This document shows, piece after piece, positions 9,236 through 18,983 of a stretch of DNA of 64,000 bases. This DNA comes from Patescibacteria group bacterium. Its GTDB lineage: Bacteria > Patescibacteriota > Minisyncoccia > Phycocordibacterales > UBA918. Below the pieces are notes generated by a model that did no database searches, was not told the DNA's origin, and was given only the letters and a program-made list of their open reading frames with translations. A program made the position numbers and the translations under genes. Each line of letters begins with the position of its first letter. Position 1 is the stretch's first letter. The stretch is taken from the NCBI GenBank assembly GCA_019750255.1, contig JAIEOU010000001.1, positions 36,006 to 100,005 of the forward strand, read 5' to 3'.

Positions 9236-9263
9236 ATTATGCCTACTTATAGCTAAACTGCAA
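9236..9263 (-). promoter_or_regulatory. putative sigma70-like promoter for the tRNA-Thr unit
   Basis: On the minus strand TTGCAG is followed by a 16 nt spacer and CATAAT, about 30 nt upstream of the tRNA 5' end. Confidence 0.3.
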
Positions 9264-9268
9264 GCGAC

Positions 9269-9739
9269 TTATTCCCGCTCGAGCTTTTTAGTCTTCAGCT
9301 TCTGCTTCTCTTTGTCTGTGAGTGCGGTTGATTCTTTATACTCAGCAATAGCGCCCAGGTGCGATGTTGTAGCAGACGCAGTAGCTCCGGAAAGGTGTCT
9401 TTTTCCCCGTCGTTCGGCCCGCAGGGCGCGAGCACGCTTACGGTTAAGGTGGAACCGTTGTTCGAGGTAGTCATACAGAGACACTACCACGCGTAATGCT
9501 GCCTGCAAAAAGGAGTGCAGACTGTAGTACCATGTAAGACGGACGATGTGGTGATCAACGTACCGCAGAAACTTAGCCAACAGAGTAGCGCACGTACTCA
9601 CGCTCCGATCGCCCTGAGCGCGGGCTCCGCTCAAAAAGATACGCATCCCCCGCTTCTCTTCAATACCGACAAGGACGGATAGTGCTACCCACGCCACAAT
9701 TAAACCAGCCAGGGTGAAGGAAAGCACGGTCAAAGACAT
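9269..9739 (-). CDS. hypothetical protein with an N-terminal hydrophobic segment
   Basis: 156 aa ORF sitting between tsf and tRNA-Thr. It has an N-terminal TM-like helix and a basic, K/E-rich C-terminus. No family was recognised. Confidence 0.4.
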   Translation of the reverse strand: MSLTVLSFTLAGLIVAWVALSVLVGIEEKRGMRIFLSGARAQGDRSVSTCATLLAKFLRYVDHHIVRLTWYYSLHSFLQAALRVVVSLYDYLEQRFHLNRKRARALRAERRGKRHLSGATASATTSHLGAIAEYKESTALTDKEKQKLKTKKLERE

Positions 9740-9743
9740 GACC

Positions 9744-10328
9744 CTATTTTACCGAAGAACGGTGGAAAGATGCAATCGAGATATTCTCACCAAATTTCTG
9801 TACGGCACCGTTGACCATCTCGCCAATAGTAGTATCTGGATTTTTTATAAACGGCTGCTCCATCAAAATCATGTCTTTGAAGTACGAAGCGAGCTTACCT
9901 TCAAGAATTTTTGCTTTCATCTCTTCTGGCTTCCCTTCTACTTCAGCTGAAAATACCGCCTTCGCCGCTTCAAGCGATTCTGCTGACACAGCATCCTTGT
10001 GGAGATACTTTGGATTAGTAGCGGCTACTTGCATTGCCACTTCCTTAGCCAAAGAAATGAACTCGGGATTCTTAGCCACGAAGTCAGTTTCGCACGCAAG
10101 CACAACCAGGGCTGCCACCTCATTTGTGTTGTGAATATAAGAACCTACCGCACCAGCACCGAGTTCGCGGTCAGACTTTTTGTCAGCAGCTTCACTGCGG
10201 CGCTTCTTCAGAATGACAATGGCCTTCTCCATGTCACCACTTGCTTCCTCAAGCGCTTTCTTGCACTGCATCACCGAAATACCGGTCTGATCGCGGAGTT
10301 CTTTTATTTGAGCTGAAGTGATTTCCAT
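9744..10328 (-). CDS. tsf: elongation factor Ts (short form)
   Basis: 194 aa with the N-terminal UBA-like start MEITSAQIKELRDQTGISVMQCKKALEEASGDMEKAI typical of EF-Ts. It lies downstream of rpsB. Confidence 0.9.
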   Translation of the reverse strand: MEITSAQIKELRDQTGISVMQCKKALEEASGDMEKAIVILKKRRSEAADKKSDRELGAGAVGSYIHNTNEVAALVVLACETDFVAKNPEFISLAKEVAMQVAATNPKYLHKDAVSAESLEAAKAVFSAEVEGKPEEMKAKILEGKLASYFKDMILMEQPFIKNPDTTIGEMVNGAVQKFGENISIASFHRSSVK

Positions 10329-10412
10329 AAAATTCTAAATGAACAACGTTCGCGAGTAAGAATACTTTTCTTGCACGCACCGAGCGGTACGTACGATTAG
10401 TTCGGGCAGAGG

Positions 10413-11144
10413 TTAGGCGCGCGGTGTGGCAGCAGCAGCACCAAAGGCCGCCACTCCTTCATTGTACGCTTGTGCGAGCTCTCCGAGCACTGTACCAACA
10501 CTTGACTGGAGCGCATCGTTCACGAGTACTGGATACGTAATCTTGGCAACGTCACAGTCAGAACTCAAGATACCGATGATTGGTACTTTCATAAAACGCG
10601 CCTCAGCCACAGCAATCGTATCATGACGTGGGTCAACGACGACAATGAGGTCCGGGATACGAGTCAGGGTCTGGATGCCACCAAAGTAGAAAGCGAGCTT
10701 GTCTGCCTCACGGCCGAGGATGACGCGTTCCTTCTTTGTGTACTTTCGTTCAAGCTCACCACTCTCTCGCTCACGAGTGAGTTCAGCCATCCGATTAATA
10801 CGCTTCTTGATTTCACTCCAGTTAGTGAGCATGCCTCCAATCCAACGATTGACAACAAATGGTGCGCCGAGCTTTTCAGCGGTTTCCCGGACAGCTCGAG
10901 CCGCTTCCTCCTTAGTACCCACAAAGAGGACGGTCTTTCCGGCTCCTACCATACCACGAACGATCCCTTTGGCAGTTTCAATCAGCGCAGCTGATTGTTC
11001 AAGGTCAAAGATGTCATTACCTTGCTTCGTAGTAAAAAGGTACGGCGTAACGGTTGGGTGACGACGGCTTTTTTTGAAACCGAAGTGGGCGCCCGCCTTG
11101 AAAAGGCGTTCGATAAGGGTGTTGTTGGCTGGTGACGATGACAT
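10413..11144 (-). CDS. rpsB: 30S ribosomal protein S2
   Basis: 243 aa carrying the S2 signature FKAGAHFGFKKSRRHP...GNDIFDLEQSA. The rpsB-tsf order is conserved. Confidence 0.93.
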   Translation of the reverse strand: MSSSPANNTLIERLFKAGAHFGFKKSRRHPTVTPYLFTTKQGNDIFDLEQSAALIETAKGIVRGMVGAGKTVLFVGTKEEAARAVRETAEKLGAPFVVNRWIGGMLTNWSEIKKRINRMAELTRERESGELERKYTKKERVILGREADKLAFYFGGIQTLTRIPDLIVVVDPRHDTIAVAEARFMKVPIIGILSSDCDVAKITYPVLVNDALQSSVGTVLGELAQAYNEGVAAFGAAAATPRA

Positions 11145-11203
11145 ATATAACTATAAAAAGCGAGGGTGTCGCTTACGTGGCCACGATGGTACCACAGCAG
11201 GCC

Positions 11204-12187
11204 TTAGTCTGCAACCACTTCAGTATCAGCCGTAGCCGCTTTTAACGCCTCTACAATCGCTCCCAGGTCCCCAGCGAGGATACCCTCGAGGTCGTGCCAA
11301 GACTCCTTGATACGGTGATCTGTAATACGGCTTTGAGGGAAATTGTACGTGCGAATCTTCTCTGATCGATCACCGGTACCAATCTGGTTTTTACGGACAC
11401 TGGCGTGCTTCTTTGCCTCTTCTTCTTCATGCAAGGCTTCGAGCTTGGCTGTCAAAATAGCCAGGGCCTTTTCCCGGTTCTTGAGCTGTGAACGTTCGGT
11501 TTGACACTTGACTTCGATACCGGTCGGACGGTGTACAAGACGGACCGCTGTCTCAACCTTGTTAACATTCTGACCACCAGCACCGCCGGAACGGGAGAAT
11601 TCCATTTCAATATCGGTCAGAGCGACTTCAATAATAGGTTTTTTTCGCATTGGCAAAATAGCCACCGATGCAGTTGAAGTATGAATACGTCCCATCTTTT
11701 CAGTCACAGGAATACGCTGTACTCGGTGCACTCCAGTTTCGTAGCGCAGCGCTTCATACACCTTCGGGCTGACTATTTCGAAAGCTGCTTCCTTGTATCC
11801 GCCCGACGCGGCCCGTGACTCGTGTTCCATCATCCACGTCCACCCCTGCGTTTCTGAGTAGCGCAAGTACATGCGTGCGAGCTCTTCCGCAAACAGCGCT
11901 GCCTCTTCCCCGCCCGCCCCGGCACGCACTTCAAGGACCACGCCGTACGGAACCTCTTCCTCTACGGCCGACTCTTTCAAAATCTTCTCCATCTCACCCC
12001 AGAGGGCCTGACGCTGGCTGTCTAGATCCACAAGCTCGTCTGCTGCTAATTCAGCCATGTCGGGGTCTTCAGCGCTCATAGCGGCCGCCTCATCGCGCCG
12101 CCGCCCCAACTCCTCGAACTGACGCGCCAAAAACTGCGTCTTATGACTGTCTCGGAAGCTCTCGAGTTGTTCGGTGTCAAAATCCAT
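11204..12187 (-). CDS. prfA: peptide chain release factor 1
   Basis: 327 aa with the GGQ motif ([24 protein letters not shown]) and the PVT tripeptide ([14 protein letters not shown]) that marks RF1 rather than the RF2 SPF motif. Confidence 0.88.
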   Translation of the reverse strand: MDFDTEQLESFRDSHKTQFLARQFEELGRRRDEAAAMSAEDPDMAELAADELVDLDSQRQALWGEMEKILKESAVEEEVPYGVVLEVRAGAGGEEAALFAEELARMYLRYSETQGWTWMMEHESRAASGGYKEAAFEIVSPKVYEALRYETGVHRVQRIPVTEKMGRIHTSTASVAILPMRKKPIIEVALTDIEMEFSRSGGAGGQNVNKVETAVRLVHRPTGIEVKCQTERSQLKNREKALAILTAKLEALHEEEEAKKHASVRKNQIGTGDRSEKIRTYNFPQSRITDHRIKESWHDLEGILAGDLGAIVEALKAATADTEVVAD

Positions 12188-12207
12188 AAAGTGAGTCTAC
12201 AACAGAA

Positions 12208-12251
12208 CGACCCTCTCGTCTCTAGGCCAATGCCAAATGACGAGAGGGTCG
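12208..12251 (-). promoter_or_regulatory. perfect 13-bp stem hairpin in the rpmE-prfA intergenic region that is a possible attenuator or partial terminator
   Basis: cgaccctctcgtc, an 18 nt loop, then gacgagagggtcg. It lies 14 nt after the rpmE stop and 20 nt before the prfA start. Confidence 0.4.
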
Positions 12252-12265
12252 CACGAGTGCTTTCG

Positions 12266-12535
12266 CTATGCCTTCTTCCTTCGAGTAGTAGCTGCTGCAG
12301 CGCGATTCTTAAAGCGCTCAACACGCCCAGCGGTGTCCATCACTTTCTCTTGGCCAGTATAAAACGGGTGAGAAGCGCTTGAAACGTCCACACGAGCTAC
12401 CGGATATTCATTCCCGTCAGTCCACGTGTCAGTCTCATTACTAGCAATGGTTGATCCGGCAAGAATACGGCTTCCGCTCGAGTTATCGTGAAAAATAACT
12501 GGTCGGTAGTTCTCTGGGTGAATATCTGCTTTCAT
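12266..12535 (-). CDS. rpmE: 50S ribosomal protein L31
   Basis: 89 aa with [15 protein letters not shown]...[10 protein letters not shown] typical of L31. Confidence 0.9.
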   Translation of the reverse strand: MKADIHPENYRPVIFHDNSSGSRILAGSTIASNETDTWTDGNEYPVARVDVSSASHPFYTGQEKVMDTAGRVERFKNRAAAATTRRKKA

Positions 12536-12615
12536 AGTGGTCGCTACTATACCAGAAAGTTAGTTTTAAGCAAACCTGTACAAGTTAAGGTAGTCAAAAT
12601 AAACATCTCCCTGAG

Positions 12616-13992
12616 CTATTCACCAAGAATAGTGATCTCTTGCGCTAACCGAGCCTTACGCTCCATTACCCCGTCGCCATAAAAAGCATTAGCTGGGTTA
12701 TTAGCCCCTCCCCAACCCGCATAGTAACGGAGGGCTGCCAAACGGTCGGTCGCATAGGTGCCACCCGCCCCGTTATCGCGAAGCAGCAGCGCTGTAGCGA
12801 TAAAGGCGTCACGGTTGTTAAACGGATTGGCTGGTGAGTTATTGCCGTTAATGCGACGGATAGCGTCCGCTGACTCGCTGTATACCCAGCCGCTGCCGTT
12901 ATTAACAATACCGCCGTAGGTAGCCCAGGTAGAAGGAATGAACTGTGAAGGACCCATTGCTCCACCCCAGCCAATAAACACACCTCCCCGTGAGAGCGGG
13001 CACGAAACCGAGCGCGTGCGAGTATCAAAACCCAAGATACCGGCAATCGCTAAAAATACCGGCGCGTCACGATCAGGGTGCATAACCGGTCGCCCGCCAC
13101 GGATGTCGTTATAAATACAACTACCTAAATTAGAACCTAGATTAGTTTCTTGCTCGAGAATAGCGAGAATCAGTGCCGCATCAACTCCAGTTACCCGACT
13201 GGCATATTTGGCGAGGGAGACTGCTTCCGGGAACGGAATGCCACCACCACCACCAAGGAGGGTGAAGAGCGCGTTGCGGAGCTGAGCTGCCGTACGCTGC
13301 TGCGACTCAAGGAGCTGCTTGTATTCATGCTCCTCACCTTTTGTTACCGTCAAAATTTTTTCTTTCTCTTTCTCCTTTTGCTCGATTTCTTTCTTTTGTA
13401 ACTCTTGGATTTGCTTCATCTCGGCTTCCGTTTCCTGCTTGCCTTCGAGCTGCGATTTTTGTTCAAAGGTATCTCGACGAATGTGGTGGAGTGCCGACAC
13501 AGACTCATTGAGCGACTGCTTAATGGCATTGAATGAAGCAATGTCCTGGAAGAAGTCAGAAAAATTTTGTCGGGAAAGCATCACTTCTACGAGTGAGTAG
13601 TCATCAATAATGGCGGAGCGCCGGATAAGGTCGGCGAGCGATTCACGCTGGTTTTCGAGCTTACCCTCAAGCAGACCTATCACTTCCTGCTTCTCACCAA
13701 TCTGGTCGTTGATTTGTACAATCGACAGAGACCGGGCCTGGATACCTAACTGGGCTTTTTTTATTTGCCCTTCAATGAGGGCAACGTCACGCTCGAGCGA
13801 CTGACGCTCAATTTGCTTATCCTCTACAAGGACGGCGGTGGTAAGCATCTCACGCTCGACCCGCTGCAGCTCAGCTTCAAGACGCTTTTTCTCTTCTTCG
13901 TTAAGGGGTGCTGCGGTTTGCGCAATCGCGACCGGGATAGAGGTGACTACGAGAACAAGAACAGCACACGCAACAGAGCAAAACCGATACAT
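12616..13992 (-). CDS. secreted coiled-coil protein with a C-terminal MltB/Slt35-family lytic transglycosylase domain
   Basis: 458 aa with a signal peptide and a long E/K/Q-rich coiled coil. The C-terminus has ILEQETNLG (catalytic Glu) and GAMGPSQFIPSTW, which resemble MltB. Confidence 0.7.
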   Translation of the reverse strand: MYRFCSVACAVLVLVVTSIPVAIAQTAAPLNEEEKKRLEAELQRVEREMLTTAVLVEDKQIERQSLERDVALIEGQIKKAQLGIQARSLSIVQINDQIGEKQEVIGLLEGKLENQRESLADLIRRSAIIDDYSLVEVMLSRQNFSDFFQDIASFNAIKQSLNESVSALHHIRRDTFEQKSQLEGKQETEAEMKQIQELQKKEIEQKEKEKEKILTVTKGEEHEYKQLLESQQRTAAQLRNALFTLLGGGGGIPFPEAVSLAKYASRVTGVDAALILAILEQETNLGSNLGSCIYNDIRGGRPVMHPDRDAPVFLAIAGILGFDTRTRSVSCPLSRGGVFIGWGGAMGPSQFIPSTWATYGGIVNNGSGWVYSESADAIRRINGNNSPANPFNNRDAFIATALLLRDNGAGGTYATDRLAALRYYAGWGGANNPANAFYGDGVMERKARLAQEITILGE

Positions 13993-14016
13993 AAGTACCC
14001 GTTAGTATAACAAAAC

Positions 14017-14053
14017 TCCGTCCAGATAAAACCTGGACGGAGTCTTATTTTTG
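14017..14053. terminator. bidirectional intrinsic terminator
   Basis: A 10-bp perfect stem (ctccgtccag / ctggacggag) with loop ataaaac, followed by tcttattttt on the plus strand and ttttgtta on the minus strand. It lies 12 nt downstream of the rplY stop. Confidence 0.55.
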
Positions 14054-14064
14054 GGAAAAGTGAA

Positions 14065-14694
14065 CTATTCAGCCGACTCTTCTGCCTTACCCTTCTTTTC
14101 GACCTCAATGGCCGCCATATCCACCGCAGCTACAGGCTCCTCTACTTCCTCGGCCGGCTCGCCGATAACTACCACCACCTCTTCAGCATCGAGGTCGATG
14201 TCTAGCCCTTTTCCAAATTTGAGGTCAGACACGTGAATCTGCGCACCAATCTCCGCTAGAACAGTGATATCGACGTCGATGTGTGACGGTAAATCAGCCG
14301 GCATACAGGTAACTTCAATTTCATGCAGAATATGGTTTACTACGCCGCCTGCCTTCACTGCTGGAGACTCACCGACCAGATTGAGTGGGACGGTAGCGGT
14401 AATCTTCTTACCCTTCTCAATAGCATAGAAGTCAACGTGAATAATGCCGCCCTTGGTTGGAGCAAAGTCCACATCCTTTACGAGTACCTGCATCGGTGTG
14501 CCGAGACCAGTAAGGTCAATGACCGTTGACTCACCAGCGGTTTTAAATACCTTATCAAACTCCTTCTTTGAGAGCGCTACTGAAAGCGGTGCCTGTTTTG
14601 GTCCGTAGACCACACCAGGAAGGATACCCGCGACACGCAAGGCCTTCGCACTTTTCGTTTCGTCTCGTTTTTCGGCGTTAAGTGTAACTGTCAT
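14065..14694 (-). CDS. rplY: 50S ribosomal protein L25 (general stress protein Ctc form)
   Basis: MTVTLNAEKRDETKSAKALRVAGILPGVVYG is an L25 N-terminus, and there is an acidic C-terminal tail. The ORF track extends to 14769, but the Met at 14694 fits the family start. Confidence 0.85.
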   Translation of the reverse strand: MTVTLNAEKRDETKSAKALRVAGILPGVVYGPKQAPLSVALSKKEFDKVFKTAGESTVIDLTGLGTPMQVLVKDVDFAPTKGGIIHVDFYAIEKGKKITATVPLNLVGESPAVKAGGVVNHILHEIEVTCMPADLPSHIDVDITVLAEIGAQIHVSDLKFGKGLDIDLDAEEVVVVIGEPAEEVEEPVAAVDMAAIEVEKKGKAEESAE

Positions 14695-14794
14695 ATGGCG
14701 AGCACTGTAGCACAATTCTATGAGTTCGGCCAGCACAGTACTTTCCCCGCAATCATCCGCTAAGAGCACCCTGGCCGGGGTATACTCATCTCAT

Positions 14795-15802
14795 ATGTCA
14801 CAACAATATGATTTCGTGGCGCTTGGCGACATCCTCGTCGACGCTTTTATAGAATTATCCAAAGACGACGCCGATGTGTCGGTCGACCTTGATACCGGAC
14901 GTCAGACCCTGCAAATGCCCTTTGGGACCAAACTGCCGTATAACGACGTTGTTGTTGTTAACGCCGTCGGCAACTCACCGAATGCTGCCGTAGCTGCGCA
15001 CCGGCTCGGACTTTCGACCGCGCTTGTGACCAACCTCGGTAATGACCGTAATGGTAAGGACTGCCTGGAGGCTTTACGGAATGAAGGCGTGCATACGGAT
15101 TTTGTCCGGATGCACGAGGGCAAGCAAACAAACTTCCACTATGTATTGCGCTACGGTCCTGAACGCACCATTCTTATTAAGCACGAAAAGTTTGATTACC
15201 GTCTACCTGACTTCCCCGTTCCTCCCCGCTTCATCTACTTCTCATCCATTGGCGAACACGGTATTGAGCACCATCACGAAATCGCTCGATATGTTAAAGC
15301 CCACCCAGAAACTAAATTGGTATTTCAGCCCGGCACCTTCCAGATCAAGCTTGGCGTTGAGGCACTCAAGGATCTCTATGAAGTCACTGAAATTTTCTTC
15401 TGTAACAAAGAAGAGGCGCAGCAGATTCTAAAGACCACCGAACAAGATGTCCCAACCCTTATCAGAGGCCTCCGCGCTCTTGGACCAAAGCTCCCGGTTG
15501 TGACCGACGGTCCACACGGTGCCTACGTGATTGATGGTGACGGCGTCGCTTGGCACATGCCGATGTATCCAGACCCAGCACCGCCAGTAGACCGCACGGG
15601 GGCCGGCGACTCATTTTCCGCTACCTTTACTGCCGCGATTGCTCTTGGCCTCACCCCGGCCGAAGCACTCACCTGGGGACCAGTCAACTCAATGTCAGTC
15701 GTGCAGCACATTGGTGCCCAGGCCGGCCTTCTCACACGAGAGAAGCTTACCGAGCTCCTAAACAGCCACCCCGCCGAGTACAGCGCACGCCGACTGTCTT
15801 AA
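14795..15802 (+). CDS. PfkB-family carbohydrate/nucleoside kinase (ribokinase-like)
   Basis: The N-terminal FVALGDILVD and the C-terminal DRTGAGDSFSATFTAAIALG (the PfkB anion-hole DTxGAGD motif) identify the family. The start was chosen at MSQQYDF; the ORF is open from 14720. Confidence 0.8.
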   Translation: MSQQYDFVALGDILVDAFIELSKDDADVSVDLDTGRQTLQMPFGTKLPYNDVVVVNAVGNSPNAAVAAHRLGLSTALVTNLGNDRNGKDCLEALRNEGVHTDFVRMHEGKQTNFHYVLRYGPERTILIKHEKFDYRLPDFPVPPRFIYFSSIGEHGIEHHHEIARYVKAHPETKLVFQPGTFQIKLGVEALKDLYEVTEIFFCNKEEAQQILKTTEQDVPTLIRGLRALGPKLPVVTDGPHGAYVIDGDGVAWHMPMYPDPAPPVDRTGAGDSFSATFTAAIALGLTPAEALTWGPVNSMSVVQHIGAQAGLLTREKLTELLNSHPAEYSARRLS

Positions 15803-15818
15803 TAAGAACCATACGAAC

Positions 15819-15854
15819 ACAAAACACCGTCGGCGTATGCCGACGGTGTTTTGT
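15819..15854. terminator. strong bidirectional hairpin between the convergent PfkB and transketolase genes
   Basis: A 16-bp stem (acaaaacaccgtcggc / gccgacggtgttttgt) with loop gtat. It was seen directly in the sequence. Confidence 0.55.
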
Positions 15855-15902
15855 AATGTAACATCCTGTCTCTGTGAATGAAGAAACAGTGGATCCAGTG
15901 CG

Positions 15903-16889
15903 TTATTGTGCTCCTTTATGAGCAGCGGCCACAATACTTGCCGTGTCCATACCGTAGTGAGCAATGAGTTCATCAGGTTCACCCGACTGACCAAACTGAT
16001 CATGAACGCCAATGCGCGCAATGCGAGTTGGCCGTACCTCTGAAAGGTATTCAGCTACCGCACCACCGAGACCTCCGGACCGCTGATGCTCCTCTACAGT
16101 AACGAGCGAACGATGTTCTTCTGCAAAGGACAGAAGAGCTTCCGTATCGAGAGGTTTGATTGTGGCCATGTGTAACACCGATGCGCCAATCCCCTGTTCA
16201 TTTAGTTCCTTGGCGGCAACGAGTGCATTATGGAGCAGAGTACCGGTTACGACGATACCTACACGCTTCTCATGCGCTTCGTCTCGAAAGGCTAGCTGCT
16301 CTGCCTTGCCGATCACAAACGGTGACTCAACGGTCGTGGCTACCGGGGTGTTGCTTCGGCCGATACGGATATAGACCGGACCCTCATACTGCGCGGCCGC
16401 GAGCGTCGCCTTCCGCGCTTCATGCTCGTCGGCAGGAGCAATCACTATCATTTTAGGAATGACCCGCATGAGGGCGATATCTTCAATAGCCTGATGGGTA
16501 GCGCCGTCGGGCCCAACCGATACGCCAGCATGGGCACCAATTATTTTTACGTTACTCTCGTTATATGCAATCGTAGTGCGGATCTGTTCCCAATTACGAC
16601 CTGGAGAAAACATAGCGTACGAAGCAATGAAGGGAATCTTACCCATAGCCGACATACCCGCTGCTACTGACGCCATATTCTGTTCGGTTATGCCGACCTG
16701 AATGAACCGCTTGGGAAATTTTTCAGCAAAGGGCAAGGTTCGCGTAGATTCAGTAAGGTCAGCTGAGAGAGCGACAATTCGATTGTCACGCGTACCAGCT
16801 TCAACCAGGCCATCACCATAGCCATTGCGGCTTGGAACCTGCTTTACGTCGCTTGTGCCCACTGCGGGGTCTAGGTGTGATGCAAACAT
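15903..16889 (-). CDS. transketolase C-terminal section (pyrimidine-binding and C-terminal domains)
   Basis: 328 aa with FIQVGITEQNMASVAAGMSAMGKIPFIASYAMF typical of the transketolase central domain. This is a split transketolase gene. Confidence 0.88.
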   Translation of the reverse strand: MFASHLDPAVGTSDVKQVPSRNGYGDGLVEAGTRDNRIVALSADLTESTRTLPFAEKFPKRFIQVGITEQNMASVAAGMSAMGKIPFIASYAMFSPGRNWEQIRTTIAYNESNVKIIGAHAGVSVGPDGATHQAIEDIALMRVIPKMIVIAPADEHEARKATLAAAQYEGPVYIRIGRSNTPVATTVESPFVIGKAEQLAFRDEAHEKRVGIVVTGTLLHNALVAAKELNEQGIGASVLHMATIKPLDTEALLSFAEEHRSLVTVEEHQRSGGLGGAVAEYLSEVRPTRIARIGVHDQFGQSGEPDELIAHYGMDTASIVAAAHKGAQ

Positions 16890-16892
16890 AGC

Positions 16893-17807
16893 TTATGATC
16901 CCTTCTCAATTAAACCGGCAAGGGTTCGTAGTTTCTCCAGCGCCACTTTGGCTTGATCGGTCTTTGGCACACGATCTTCTGGACCCTTTCCTGGTGGGTT
17001 TCCATGCCAACGAAAATCTCGCTCAAACACATCGACACCTTTACTCGCAATGGTGTGAGCAATAATCAATGACGGCTGACTGTACACGGCCTGCGCCTTA
17101 CCGATCGCGTCATTCATAGCCCGAATATTATGACCATCAACCTCCTGCACATCGAAATTAAATGATTCGAATTTTTCAGCGAGAGGCTCAAGTGGCATTA
17201 CGTCCTTGGTATACCCATCGATTTGAATACCATTTCGGTCAACGATAACGATGAGGTTGTGGAGCTTCTCTTTGCCCGCAAGGAGTGCCGCTTCCCAAAT
17301 TTGTCCTTCGTTAAGTTCACCATCTCCAGTCAGGCAGTAAATATATTTAGATGAATACGGATTATCGATGCGTTCAGCAAGCGCCATGCCTACCGCCTGT
17401 GAAAGACCAGACCCCAGCGGACCAGAGGTCGTCTCGAGACCCGGCAATGCTGTCCGATGTGGGTGTCCCTGGAGACGGGTACCAAACTTGCGTAGCGTCA
17501 GTAGCTCTTCGATTTCAAAATAGCCCGCATGAGCGAGTGTGGCATACAGTACTGGGCAGATGTGGCCATTACTCAGTACCAACCGGTCGCGCTCTTCCCA
17601 GTTTGGGTTTTTGGGGTCATGCTTCATCACTTCAAAATAAAGAAGGGCGAAGATATCCGCCATATCAAGTGGACCGGCGGTATGACCACTCCCTGCAGCC
17701 GAAAGCATTTCAATAATACTCTGACGGATAGCATTCGCGGTTAGCTCTAAAGAACGTATATCATCAGAAGTCAGATAATGCATGTCGAAGATAGTATAAC
17801 AAATCAA
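16893..17807 (-). CDS. transketolase N-terminal section (TPP-binding)
   Basis: 304 aa with GHTAGPLDMADIFALLY and GDGELNEGQIWEA TPP-binding motifs. Its stop lies 3 nt from the start of the C-terminal-section gene. Confidence 0.88.
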   Translation of the reverse strand: MICYTIFDMHYLTSDDIRSLELTANAIRQSIIEMLSAAGSGHTAGPLDMADIFALLYFEVMKHDPKNPNWEERDRLVLSNGHICPVLYATLAHAGYFEIEELLTLRKFGTRLQGHPHRTALPGLETTSGPLGSGLSQAVGMALAERIDNPYSSKYIYCLTGDGELNEGQIWEAALLAGKEKLHNLIVIVDRNGIQIDGYTKDVMPLEPLAEKFESFNFDVQEVDGHNIRAMNDAIGKAQAVYSQPSLIIAHTIASKGVDVFERDFRWHGNPPGKGPEDRVPKTDQAKVALEKLRTLAGLIEKGS

Positions 17808-17834
17808 AAAATTTCTAGGCGCCGGGGCTGTTAG

Positions 17835-18482
17835 TTAGGTGAGTGTCACGAGGCGATAGTGTGCAGCGGCCGAGTCATCGGATTGTACGACCGCAGAGCC
17901 CGCAATAAACCGAGTCGCACCGGCAGCTTTCAGCCGTGGTAAGGTCTCTTCATTCACGCTCCCATCGACACTAATCTGGAGTTTGGGAAAATTACTCGCG
18001 ACTGCGGCAATGCGCGCAATGGCACGCTCGTCAAACGGTTGGCCCTGAGCACCAATCTGCGCAATACCCATCACTTGTACATAATCAGCCATAGCCAAAT
18101 ACGGGAAAAGCACCTCATCAGGTGTATCCATATGGGCTGACACTCCAACAGTGACTGCACTAGCAGCGGCATACTGCCCGAAGGCAGCTAGCGAAATGGT
18201 CTCAATATGGAAAACAAGCATATCTGCGCCGGCTGCCACCCACTGCTCAGCCGCCGGAAGAGGCTTTTCGACCATCAAATCCACCTCGAGAGTAAAGCGA
18301 TCAGTATCACTTTTAACCTCGAGCGGATCACCAGCTGGCTCATAGGGCCATGAGGTAAACGGTACAAAAACGCCATCGACTACATCTAAATGGAGTTCGA
18401 GAGAAAAACCAAGACGTATAGCGGCTGCGCGTACTGCTTCGCGCGATTCGGGAATGATAGCTGGTACTACTGGCAAACTCAT
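17835..18482 (-). CDS. rpe: ribulose-phosphate 3-epimerase
   Basis: 215 aa carrying HLDVVDGVFVP, MVEKP and ISVDGSVNEETLPRLKAAGATRFIAGSAV. These match the Rpe TIM-barrel motifs. Confidence 0.75.
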   Translation of the reverse strand: MSLPVVPAIIPESREAVRAAAIRLGFSLELHLDVVDGVFVPFTSWPYEPAGDPLEVKSDTDRFTLEVDLMVEKPLPAAEQWVAAGADMLVFHIETISLAAFGQYAAASAVTVGVSAHMDTPDEVLFPYLAMADYVQVMGIAQIGAQGQPFDERAIARIAAVASNFPKLQISVDGSVNEETLPRLKAAGATRFIAGSAVVQSDDSAAAHYRLVTLT

Positions 18483-18982
18483 AGCTGTGTCTTAATTAGT
18501 TGTGTGATCGCCTCTAGCTTTTGATTGCGGCGATCGTACTTTGCCGCACGTGTCGAAGTAGCGCTCAGCCAATTCCAAATAATCCTCTTTGTGTCGTCTT
18601 CGCTGACAAAGCGCGCCCCTATAGAAAGGACATTGGCATTATTATGTTCGCGAGAAAGCGCGACAATATCGTCGGGCCCACCATAATACACAACGGCACG
18701 GACGCACGGGTACCGATTCGCTACCATCGCTTCACCCTGGCCCGAACCACCAAAAATTATGGCACAGGCGCTGTCTGATGCGCGACTTACAGCTTGCGCT
18801 GCGAGCGCAATAAAATCAGGAAAGTCATCTTCAGAGTCATAATGCATAGCCCCATGATCGACGACGGTCACTCCCTCACCCTCAAGCCATACCCGCACCA
18901 TTTCTTTGTGCGCGAACCCGGCATGATCAGCCGCCACATGCACAGACAACTGGAGGAGTGGTCGCGTTGGCTCGATTCCCAT
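18479..18982 (-). CDS. rpiB: ribose-5-phosphate isomerase B (RpiB/LacAB family)
   Basis: HVAADHAGF...IIFGGSGQGEAMVANRYPCVRAV matches RpiB. The start was taken at MGIEPTRP to avoid overlap with gap; the ORF track extends to 19021. Confidence 0.8.
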   Translation of the reverse strand: MGIEPTRPLLQLSVHVAADHAGFAHKEMVRVWLEGEGVTVVDHGAMHYDSEDDFPDFIALAAQAVSRASDSACAIIFGGSGQGEAMVANRYPCVRAVVYYGGPDDIVALSREHNNANVLSIGARFVSEDDTKRIIWNWLSATSTRAAKYDRRNQKLEAITQLIKTQL

Positions 18983-18983
18983 A

